A DNA stretch of 64,000 nucleotides from the NCBI GenBank assembly GCA_000146045.2, contig BK006948.2:192001-256000 (forward strand). Direction: 5' to 3'. Source of the stretch: TPA_inf: Saccharomyces. Its lineage: Eukaryota. Position 1 is the first letter of the stretch, and every line of letters starts with the position of its first letter. The translations under genes were made by a program, and so were the position numbers. The notes beneath the pieces are model-generated. The model saw nothing but the letters and a program-made list of their open reading frames with translations, made no database searches and was not told the origin of the DNA. Below, in pieces: positions 55,150-64,000 of this stretch.

Positions 55150-56301
55150 ATGGCTGCAAGTGAGATAATGAACAATCTGCCTATGCATTCCCTCGATTCT
55201 TCTCTAAGGGATTTACTTAACGATGACTTATTCATTGAAAGTGATGAATCGACCAAGTCGGTAAATGATCAGAGGAGTGAAGTATTTCAAGAATGTGTGA
55301 ACCTTTTCATAAAAAGAGATATCAAGGATTGCCTAGAAAAAATGTCTGAGGTTGGATTTATTGATATTACCGTTTTCAAGTCCAACCCTATGATATTAGA
55401 TTTATTTGTCAGCGCCTGTGATATTATGCCCAGCTTTACCAAATTAGGTTTAACACTGCAGAGTGAGATTTTGAATATTTTCACGTTAGATACCCCTCAA
55501 TGTATTGAGACAAGAAAAATTATTCTCGGTGACCTCAGTAAACTTTTGGTCATCAATAAATTCTTTCGATGCTGTATCAAGGTTATTCAGTTTAACTTAA
55601 CTGATCACACCGAACAAGAAGAAAAAACTCTGGAGCTTGAATCCATAATGAGTGATTTCATTTTCGTATACATAACGAAAATGAGGACAACTATAGATGT
55701 AGTTGGCTTACAAGAATTAATCGAGATATTCATCTTTCAGGTGAAGGTAAAACTGCATCATAAAAAACCCTCACCGAATATGTATTGGGCGCTTTGCAAA
55801 ACATTACCTAAGTTATCTCCAACCCTAAAGGGCCTTTACTTATCTAAAGATGTTTCCATAGAGGATGCTATTCTGAACTCAATAGATAATAAAATACAAA
55901 AAGATAAGGCGAAGTCTAAAGGTAAACAAAGAGGAGTGAAACAGAAAATACACCATTTTCACGAGCCTATGTTACACAATAGTAGTGAAGAACAGGTTAA
56001 GGTTGAGGATGCGTTTAATCAACGCACCTCTACTGATAGTAGACTCCAGAGTACTGGAACGGCGCCCCGTAAAAAAAACAATGATATTACTGTTCTGGCT
56101 GGTTCATTTTGGGCTGTCCTGAAGCATCATTTCACAAGAAGTGTGCTGAACAAAAACGGACTTCTGCTCACAGGTCTGCTGCTACTCTTATGTTTGAAAA
56201 AATATAAGTCATTGATGGCAATTTTCAAACATGTTCCAGCGGCCTTTCACACTGTATACCCCCAGATTGTAGGGTTGCTAAAACTTCTAGCGAGTATATG
56301 A
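55150..56301 (+). CDS. PEX15: Tail-anchored peroxisomal membrane protein (Pex6 receptor), 383 aa.
   Basis: ORF track; ATG at 55150; C-terminal TM segment LLLTGLLLLLCL; neighbourhood order. Confidence 0.75.
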   Translation: MAASEIMNNLPMHSLDSSLRDLLNDDLFIESDESTKSVNDQRSEVFQECVNLFIKRDIKDCLEKMSEVGFIDITVFKSNPMILDLFVSACDIMPSFTKLGLTLQSEILNIFTLDTPQCIETRKIILGDLSKLLVINKFFRCCIKVIQFNLTDHTEQEEKTLELESIMSDFIFVYITKMRTTIDVVGLQELIEIFIFQVKVKLHHKKPSPNMYWALCKTLPKLSPTLKGLYLSKDVSIEDAILNSIDNKIQKDKAKSKGKQRGVKQKIHHFHEPMLHNSSEEQVKVEDAFNQRTSTDSRLQSTGTAPRKKNNDITVLAGSFWAVLKHHFTRSVLNKNGLLLTGLLLLLCLKKYKSLMAIFKHVPAAFHTVYPQIVGLLKLLASI

Positions 56302-56391
56302 GAAATATTTGAATAGTTTATAAAACCCTACCTACTTATTTTAATGACATACATAATGGTTTTTCATCTTTTTCCACAATGAATGGTGGTT

Positions 56392-57534
56392 CTATTTTTT
56401 CTTGTGTCTTTCTGTTGTAATTCCATTTGTAACCGTGTCCAACCAATGCGAATATACTTTCTCGATGTCTTCTTTGTCCTCCAATTGATGAAATTTGGAA
56501 GATTCGATTAGCTTCTCATTGCGAGCATTGCAGACATCGTTTGCTAGACATAAATCACACCTCTTACCCCTGGCCATGCAGATCAATTGACCAAATCCAA
56601 CCAAAACGGTGTTTATTTCGTACCACAGTGAGTGAGGTAGCCAAACCTGTAACTCCTTTCTAGTATGCTCGGCAGTCTTACACTTAATAGGGTCTACCCA
56701 ATTCCACATTTTACACAGCCTATGGACATGAACATCGACGCATATGCCGGCAATCAGCCCCCAACCTTTTTGCAGTGTTAAATATCCCATTTTAGGTCCA
56801 ACTCCAGGTAACGAGAGAATTCCCTCTATATCATACGGTATATCTGAATCGAAATTGTCTACCAATAATTGTGCGGTTCTTTTGATGAAATTGGCTTTTC
56901 TGGTATAGAAGCTAACGCATCGAATTAGATTTGCTAATACAGGTTCATCAATTTTAAGCAGTCCATCTAGCGTAATACCCTCTGCTATTTTTAATGTGTT
57001 TAAGCAGTATTCGGTGATATTCAAAGCCGCTTGCGCCATCCTTTCGTCCCTCGTTTGAGCAGAAAGCATAGTGCCAATAAGAAATTGAAGCCTGAAATTC
57101 TTTGGATCGACTTTTTCACTAGGTATCCCACATTTATTAGAAACTAAAACAGGAATCATGCTACATCCCATAGCATCTACCGGGGTTTTAACCTTGGACC
57201 TCATTAATCTCACCCGATTATATATGGGTAAGAAACTCTCAGGAACTTTCGCCCCAGAATCGTTAATCATTTCTTCTTTAGTTATTGGCCGTCCCCAAGT
57301 TCTCGGATCATCACAAGTCCTTGATTCGATCCATTCAAAATACTCTATTGGCTTCAGTGCCTTGATCCAGTCAATATTTACTCCGCCGTAATTTTGCAAA
57401 TCTTTATTGATTTTATTTTCTTTTACTAACTCAACAGTTCTCTCATTCTTTTTGAAATACTTAGATCGAACTTCTACCTCTTCAATATCAACAGGAATAT
57501 GCTTTCTCTTCCTAGACCTACTTTCCTCTCTCAT
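56392..57534 (-). CDS. NTG2: Endonuclease III-like DNA N-glycosylase/AP lyase with a C-terminal [4Fe-4S] cluster, 380 aa.
   Basis: HhH-GPD motif (LPGVGPKMG), catalytic-Lys region and Cx6CxxCx5C at the C-terminus; ATG at 57532-57534. Confidence 0.85.
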   Translation of the reverse strand: MREESRSRKRKHIPVDIEEVEVRSKYFKKNERTVELVKENKINKDLQNYGGVNIDWIKALKPIEYFEWIESRTCDDPRTWGRPITKEEMINDSGAKVPESFLPIYNRVRLMRSKVKTPVDAMGCSMIPVLVSNKCGIPSEKVDPKNFRLQFLIGTMLSAQTRDERMAQAALNITEYCLNTLKIAEGITLDGLLKIDEPVLANLIRCVSFYTRKANFIKRTAQLLVDNFDSDIPYDIEGILSLPGVGPKMGYLTLQKGWGLIAGICVDVHVHRLCKMWNWVDPIKCKTAEHTRKELQVWLPHSLWYEINTVLVGFGQLICMARGKRCDLCLANDVCNARNEKLIESSKFHQLEDKEDIEKVYSHWLDTVTNGITTERHKKK

Positions 57535-57824
57535 TATATACTGTGAAAGACGTTGTGCTTATACATTTTTTGTGTGCTCCCAATAAGCAACAGATTCAAA
57601 ATGCTAAAGAGGTCCTTGCCTTCCTTCCTTTCTACTACATGTATATTCCCAAGTTAGGATAACTGCTTCACCAGCTGATTTTGATTTCTCGGCAACAAAA
57701 CTAACAAATTAACCATGAGTTGTTTAATTGTTCCTGTTAGAGAAGAAAGGAGATCTACACAAACTAAGCTGGATAACGGCAAAAAAGAACATTGGAGAGA
57801 GATTTACTGCTCATACAAGTAACA

Positions 57825-58916
57825 ATGTTTACTCGAAGGTTTATTCCAGTTGTTCAGTCAACTAAGCAAAACATCGGTAAATATGTGCGAAAAGATGCTA
57901 GGTTCACTTTATTAACATACAACATGCTCTCACCGTCATATATGTGGCCACAGGTATACACATACGTTGCAGAGCCATACAAAAACTGGAGTTATAGGCA
58001 CAGACTGCTGGAGAAAGAACTTTTGAATACTTTCAAGGCTGATATTATGTGTCTCCAAGAAATGACCGCAAGAGATTATGAAGATTATTGGCACGATTCC
58101 ATAGGGGTAGATGTCAATTATGGGTCCAAATTCATTTCCAAGACACCCCCAAAGTATTGGAAAAAACCGGTTAAAGATATGGACGGTGTATCTATTTTCT
58201 ATAATCTTGCAAAATTTGACTTTATATCGTCATCAGGGATCTACTTAAACCAGCTACTGAATGTTTTCAATCAAAGGGAACTGAAATACTTATACAATAA
58301 GAAGGTAACATTAACCGATGGTGCTTCCAATGTTATTGGTGAAGACAGCTTATTGGATGTTTTAAAAGGCAAGAATCAGGTATGCTTATTCGTATCTCTA
58401 AGACATAAGGAGACGGGTACTATTTTTGTCGTTTTAAATACTCATTTGTATTGGAAATATGACGAAGTTAAGCTAACACAATGCATGATTATAATGAGAG
58501 AGTTATCAAAGATCATTAAGCAGCTCCTACCGGGAGATGTAAAAGGCCAAGAAAGGGTGAAGATTTTATTCACTGGTGATCTAAATTCTACAAGAGATTC
58601 GCTAGTTGTTAATTTTCTGCAAGGTCAGATAGTTAGCCATGGAGACCTTAATCTTATTAACCCAATGAGGCCGTATTTGGATCGTTGTGTCTATGACGAT
58701 ATACCAAAGGATTATTTTGTACATACGTGCTATTCAGGAAAATTGAAGGGCATCTTTGATTACGTATGGTACCATGATTCAGATTTTTTACTAACTAAGA
58801 TCCTAACCGGTAATGAAGTATCAGACGAATTGCTAGCGTCTAATCAGTTGGGTTTACCCAATGAAAACCATCCTAGTGATCATATACCTCTACTAACAGA
58901 ATTCAAAATACTGTGA
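57825..58916 (+). CDS. NGL1: CCR4-family endonuclease/exonuclease/phosphatase-fold protein, 363 aa.
   Basis: ORF track starts at an alternative codon at 57792; first ATG at 57825 (MFTRRFIPVV); EEP family motifs (LQE, GDLNS, SDH). Confidence 0.75.
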   Translation: MFTRRFIPVVQSTKQNIGKYVRKDARFTLLTYNMLSPSYMWPQVYTYVAEPYKNWSYRHRLLEKELLNTFKADIMCLQEMTARDYEDYWHDSIGVDVNYGSKFISKTPPKYWKKPVKDMDGVSIFYNLAKFDFISSSGIYLNQLLNVFNQRELKYLYNKKVTLTDGASNVIGEDSLLDVLKGKNQVCLFVSLRHKETGTIFVVLNTHLYWKYDEVKLTQCMIIMRELSKIIKQLLPGDVKGQERVKILFTGDLNSTRDSLVVNFLQGQIVSHGDLNLINPMRPYLDRCVYDDIPKDYFVHTCYSGKLKGIFDYVWYHDSDFLLTKILTGNEVSDELLASNQLGLPNENHPSDHIPLLTEFKIL

Positions 58917-59266
58917 GGCATTACTATCTTGCCTTTTTTGTGCTTTTTTTCTTCATTCCTTGTTTTATTTTATTTGTACCTCTCTTATAACCTTGTTATC
59001 ATACTTTTTATTCATTTCAAATATTCTTTCCATTATTGCAGTATTCTTTAAGTAATATTCCGAACGTGTTCCATAATTTGGGTATGAATGTATTTATAGA
59101 AATATATAAAACGCATGATTTTTCTTTTTTATATGTATATTATACTATTAGAACTATGTAAAAAAATGCCAGCATGTATAGAGGAAGCTACAAGAGATAA
59201 GAAATAACTAGTAATAATATACAGTGTATCTCTAACAAAATTGATATTGTGTGAAAACTAATGAAA

Positions 59267-60646
59267 CTATTTCTTGCTCTTTTCAGCTTGAGCTTTCTTG
59301 AATGCTATCGATCTTTTGGTAACCCTACCTGTAGCGGATCTTTGTTTCTTCTTTTTTAGATGGGTGGAACCTTCGCCTTTCTTTGCTCTTAAACCTTCGA
59401 TAGTTATCTCTTGGCCCAAAGTGGCTCTATCAGCCTTACCTAAAATCTTTTTAGCTCTACCTGCTCTGGTTCTTTGTGAATCTGTCAACCCATTTCTATC
59501 CAAGCCGGTCCCAATAGTAGTACCCTTCTTCATGTTCTTACATCTGGAAACACGCAATTTTCTTGCCTTTTTAGTTGGTTTCTTTGTATTTTCGTCTTCT
59601 TGTTTTTGTGACTTCATAGGCTTTTCGTTCAATAAAAGTGCTTTGTTTACACTTTGTAAATCTTTAAATTGAACATAAGCAAATCCCTTACCCATATTTG
59701 TCTTTGAATCTCTGATAATACGGACATATTCAATATCGCCACATGGTTCAAAATGTTTCCAAAGACTTTCTTCTATTTCTTCAAAATCCAAGTTACCTAC
59801 AAAGATTGAACGCTTCTTATCATGCGGAGCTGGATGAGCAACTGAATCAACTCTTAAGTGATGATCTTGGAAAACGACAGCATTCAAATTCGAGCAGATT
59901 TTTCTTACAGCAGACTTATTCTTATAGACGATGTAAGCGTTTATTGTATCCCTTGACTTATGAAATTTTTGTTGGACAAACGCAACTTTTCTAGGAAGAG
60001 CTTCATCAAAGGAAATAGATCTGAATCTTATGCTTTCAATGGCAAATTCGTTATTGTCACTTTTCTTAGAACTTTCCTCTTCTTTTTCATTACCAGATTC
60101 CTCAGTTTCTGCTATCGGATTTGTACCAAAAAGTTTTTTGAATTCTTTATAAACCTTTTTAGATGTGATGACAGTACTTAAGATGTTACCAATGAAAACA
60201 GTTCTTTCTGCCTTTTCTAACTCGTCTTCTTTGAAATCAACTTTCTTAGCTGCTGATGTCAGTGGTACTGAAGTTTCATCAGTTTTCGTTACTGTTGGTT
60301 TATCATCCTCAGCCTCAGCTTCTTCATTTAGTAGTTTCGCATAATAGCGGGCTTCTAAGTCTTCATCCTCGTCATTCCTTTTACTTTTTTTGGCCTTCTT
60401 TACTTTTGGAAGGGCAACTTCTTCAGTTTGCTCATCTGAAACATCAGGTTTGCTTGCTTCTTTTTCTTCTTGATCAGCTTCGGCAGCTCTTTCCCTTTTC
60501 TTCGAATCAGGAAGGACAGTACGTGTTTTGCTTTTGACTTCCAATTTATTAATAGGTCCACAGGATGAACTAAATAGCTTATCTACTGAAGATTCTATTT
60601 TTTTCTCATCAATGTTACCAAAGAGATTGTCAATTGCAGAGGACAT
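59267..60646 (-). CDS. NOP12: Nucleolar RRM-containing ribosome-biogenesis protein with K/E-rich termini, 459 aa.
   Basis: RNP motifs (KGFAYVQF; TVFIGNI); PAC+RRPE promoter pair upstream; ATG at 60644-60646. Confidence 0.8.
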
Positions 60647-60772
60647 TTTTCACTTTAAAATTTATAGCGTGATAATCTGGTGGATGATATGTCGACTGTT
60701 TTCTTAATAAAGTGCCTCAAGCTATCTACCTTCAATATAACAGTTTAAAATTTAGACAAGCAAAAAAAAATT

Positions 60773-60793
60773 GCGATGAGCTTGAAAAAATTT
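60773..60793. promoter_or_regulatory. PAC (GCGATGAG, 60773-60780) and RRPE (AAAAATTT, 60786-60793) pair, about 130-150 bp upstream of the NOP12 ATG.
   Basis: Motifs read directly; this pair is typical of the ribosome-biogenesis regulon. Confidence 0.75.
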
Positions 60794-61148
60794 CGAAGTT
60801 CGTTTTAAGTGATCAATATATCAAAGAAAATAGAAAGTTGATGAAAGTAGTCCGTGACAGTAAATGAAGCACTTGAGTTGAGGTTTCACGTCCGCTTACA
60901 ATATATATCATATATGAGGACGAACATTTACAGTAATGATGGAAGGCAATTTAAAAGCTGTCTGCGGAAACAAGTGCTATTGTTGCTTTCCGTGTACAAC
61001 CCCCATTCACTTCATAAAAGAAATTAAACAAATATAATATAATAGATTATAATAATAATACCAATAAACAAAAATTTTATTTTCCTAATACCTAGACATT
61101 ATATATAAAAAAGATACAAGGATGACTGCGATTCTGTTATTAGGGAGC

Positions 61149-61577
61149 TTATTTCAATGGGATGAAACGGGAAGTAGTAGCACCGGCTCTACCATGTCTG
61201 ACTGGGGTGTAAGTAATGGAGAATTCACCCAAATAGTGACCCAACATTTCTGGTCTGATTTCAACTTGGTTGAAAGCCTTACCGTTGTAGATACCGACGA
61301 CGGAACCGATCATTTCTGGAACAATGATCATGTTTCTCATGTGGGTTCTGACTGGAGCTGGCTTTTCATTTTCTGGGGCAGCCAACTTGGCAGCTCTCAA
61401 CTTCTTCATGAAACCGGCTGGCTTGGAAGTCATACCACGGGCAAATCTTCTTCTAACTCTAGCTGGGGCCAACTTGACGAAATCTTCAGTGGACATTTCC
61501 AACAATTTTTCCAAATCGACACCTCTGTAAGAGTGGGTCTTAAAAACTCTCTTCTTGGCATTAACAGCTTGAGACAT
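61149..61577 (-). CDS. RPS15: 40S ribosomal protein S15 (uS19), 142 aa.
   Basis: Full recognisable sequence [28 protein letters not shown]...; ATG at 61575-61577. Confidence 0.95.
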
Positions 61578-61902
61578 GATCGGTCGTGATTATCTTGTTG
61601 TGTACTTCTAGTTCGTCTTATTCTACAATGTAAGGATAAGCACTAACAAATAAGAAAAAAATGAAATCCAAGAACAAATAAAAGAAGAGACCATACCATA
61701 ATGTGAAACTCTGCACAAAAGATTAAAAAGGAATAAATTGATTGCGGATAGGAAGGGCCAAGCAGACGATTACGGTGTTGTCTCGCAGCTTCCCAGCAAG
61801 GAGTTTCTCAGAGAACCTACTCCGAGTGAAACGGACGGAAGAGACCTTCCAAAGAGAAACGAAAATCGGTTCTAGGAGGACGCTCCCTCTAAGTGTCTAG
61901 GC

Positions 61903-61933
61903 CCGTGTTGGGCGGAACTGCCGCCCAACACGG
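61903..61933. promoter_or_regulatory. Perfect GC-rich inverted repeat CCGTGTTGGGCGG-aactg-CCGCCCAACACGG (13-bp arms, 5-bp spacer; CGG-N5-CCG at the centre) in the divergent RPS15/RPP2A promoter. A Rap1-like ACGCCCAGACATA follows at about 61946-61958.
   Basis: Read directly on both strands; its function is unknown to me. Confidence 0.5.
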
Positions 61934-62296
61934 TTTCCGGGACTATACGCCCAGACATAACATTGATTTATACGCGCGGTGTACGGATTAAAAAAGTTTT
62001 GTACCTGTTTTGAGGCTGTAACTCATGGCAGCCGAGGGGAATACCAGGGGAGAGACTATACCGGACGATATGCGGAAGACGCGCGAAACGTGAAACATTT
62101 TGCATGGAACTCCAAAGCGTTGATACCCGCTTGAAGTTTAGTTAACCTAGTAGCGGAGAGCCGTTATTATTCGAGGTTTTTCAATTGTTACTTCTGGTAA
62201 TTTCTACTTCCGTTTATTCAAAAGCTTTTTCTATTATTTTAGTGATTTTTTTCTCATTGGAAATTCATACACAACAACAGAACCAATCATACAAAA

Positions 62297-62617
62297 ATGA
62301 AGTACTTAGCTGCTTACCTATTATTGAACGCTGCTGGTAACACCCCAGATGCCACCAAGATTAAGGCTATTTTGGAATCCGTCGGTATCGAAATCGAAGA
62401 CGAAAAGGTTTCCTCCGTTTTGTCCGCTTTGGAAGGTAAGTCTGTTGACGAATTAATTACTGAAGGTAACGAAAAGTTGGCTGCTGTTCCAGCTGCTGGT
62501 CCAGCTTCTGCTGGCGGTGCTGCTGCTGCCTCTGGTGATGCTGCTGCTGAAGAAGAAAAGGAAGAAGAAGCCGCTGAAGAATCTGACGACGACATGGGTT
62601 TCGGTTTATTCGACTAA
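62297..62617 (+). CDS. RPP2A: 60S acidic ribosomal stalk protein P2-alpha, 106 aa.
   Basis: Recognisable sequence ending ...[13 protein letters not shown]. Confidence 0.95.
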   Translation: MKYLAAYLLLNAAGNTPDATKIKAILESVGIEIEDEKVSSVLSALEGKSVDELITEGNEKLAAVPAAGPASAGGAAAASGDAAAEEEKEEEAAEESDDDMGFGLFD

Positions 62618-63337
62618 GGTTGAGTAAATTTGTGCAATCTCGTTATATCATATCTTGGAAGTTATAGAGGGAAGGGCGCAAAAATAAACCCTTTCCTCTT
62701 TTTTACGGCGACCATACTCTTTTTTTCCTAATCCTTTTCAAGTTTAAATCCATGATTTAATATCTATTTATACATATAAATAATATAAGTAATGGTTTAA
62801 TGCATTGTTTCAAAAAAAAAATAAAAAAAAAAGGGAAGAAATTATATATAAATATACTTCTTCATCTTCAAAATTCAAACCGATTGTTTTACTGGTTAGA
62901 ATATTATGTGTGCTCTTTCTTTGCTCTATGACATGGCTCTGTTTTGTACCTTCCTTTTTTTTATGCTATTGAATAAATTTGTTGTAGCCGCTTTCCTCAG
63001 GAAGGACCCCATGTATTTCATCAAATCATATAAGTTGAATATCCCATCAATTGCGTACCTAGTACTTAAATAAAATACTCACGTCGCTTTCTTTGAATAT
63101 TTGGAAATGAATTGAGACCTAGTGTGCTGTGTGCCCTTGTTCATTGACGATTAAAGCTTTAAGGACCATTACTATGGGTAAGAATATCATCCGGGCAACG
63201 GTATTTCTTAATCTTTTCGAAGATTCTTTTGCCACCGGAAGGGAAAGAAAAGACATCATATATAGGTGGTAGCAAAACCTTCAAGTTAGTGCTCAGCAGT
63301 TCATCAGGATCAGTTGCATAAACACAATTACACAAAA

Positions 63338-64000
63338 TGAGTGGTTACGATAGAGCTTTGTCCATTTTCTCCCCAGATGGACACATTTTCCAAGTGGAGT
63401 ACGCCCTGGAGGCGGTAAAGAGGGGTACCTGTGCTGTAGGTGTCAAGGGTAAGAATTGTGTAGTATTGGGCTGCGAAAGAAGGTCTACTTTGAAGCTGCA
63501 AGACACTAGAATTACGCCTTCCAAAGTTTCCAAAATTGACTCGCATGTGGTGTTGTCATTTTCTGGTTTAAATGCAGATTCCAGAATTCTTATCGAGAAG
63601 GCTAGAGTGGAGGCCCAAAGTCACAGACTAACGTTGGAGGATCCCGTGACGGTGGAGTATCTCACACGTTATGTCGCTGGTGTGCAACAAAGGTACACGC
63701 AGTCAGGAGGTGTTAGACCATTTGGTGTGTCGACGCTGATTGCCGGCTTCGACCCGAGAGATGATGAACCCAAGCTTTACCAGACCGAGCCAAGTGGTAT
63801 ATACTCTTCGTGGTCCGCTCAGACCATTGGGAGAAACTCCAAGACGGTACGTGAGTTTTTGGAGAAGAATTACGATCGCAAAGAACCACCAGCCACAGTG
63901 GAAGAATGTGTCAAACTTACTGTAAGATCTCTGTTGGAGGTAGTTCAAACAGGTGCAAAAAATATTGAAATCACTGTTGTTAAGCCGGACTCAGATATTG
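63338..64000 (+). CDS. PRE6: 20S proteasome alpha-type subunit, N-terminal 221 codons (runs off the window end).
   Basis: My own translation from the ATG at 63338: [40 protein letters not shown]... (proteasome alpha N-terminal signature). Absent from the ORF track because it is open-ended. Confidence 0.85.

Noticed and set aside
61600-62290. Possible snoRNA or other ncRNA in the GC-rich RPS15/RPP2A intergenic region.
   Set aside because: No C/D (RTGATGA...CTGA) or H/ACA box arrangement could be identified by eye. It is kept only as a regulatory or structural curiosity (see finding).

Overview
This window is Saccharomyces cerevisiae nuclear DNA, almost certainly the left arm of chromosome XV. 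It contains a contiguous, co-linear run of known genes from the 5' end of the YOL075C ABC transporter at the window start to the 5' part of PRE6 (YOL038W) at the window end. I recognise about 38 protein-coding genes by their translated sequence and by neighbourhood order. Among them are GPD2, ARG1, THI20, PSH1, SPE2, GAL11, GSH2, PSK2, NTG2, NOP12, RPS15, RPP2A, HST1, RTG1, RIB2, MET22 and NUF2. There are two Pol III genes, tRNA-Gly(GCC) on the minus strand and tRNA-Asn(GUU) on the plus strand. Between them lies a classic Ty insertion hotspot of about 1.6 kb with a full sigma (Ty3 LTR) and several nested or inverted delta (Ty1/Ty2 LTR) remnants. One delta remnant carries an expanded (GAT)n microsatellite. 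Two adjacent paralogous genes (RRT8/YOL048C and LDS2/YOL047C) each have a short 5'-proximal spliceosomal intron. The LDS2 intron appears to use a non-canonical AAG 3' splice site. The ORF track evidently accepts TTG/GTG starts, so I moved several starts to the first in-frame ATG (NUF2, CRT10, PRS5, MAM3, ARG1, PSH1, NGL1). I see no evidence of an undescribed gene system; this is ordinary, densely annotated yeast chromosome. The items worth a second look are regulatory and repeat features, splice-site oddities, and a GC-rich palindrome in a ribosomal-protein promoter.
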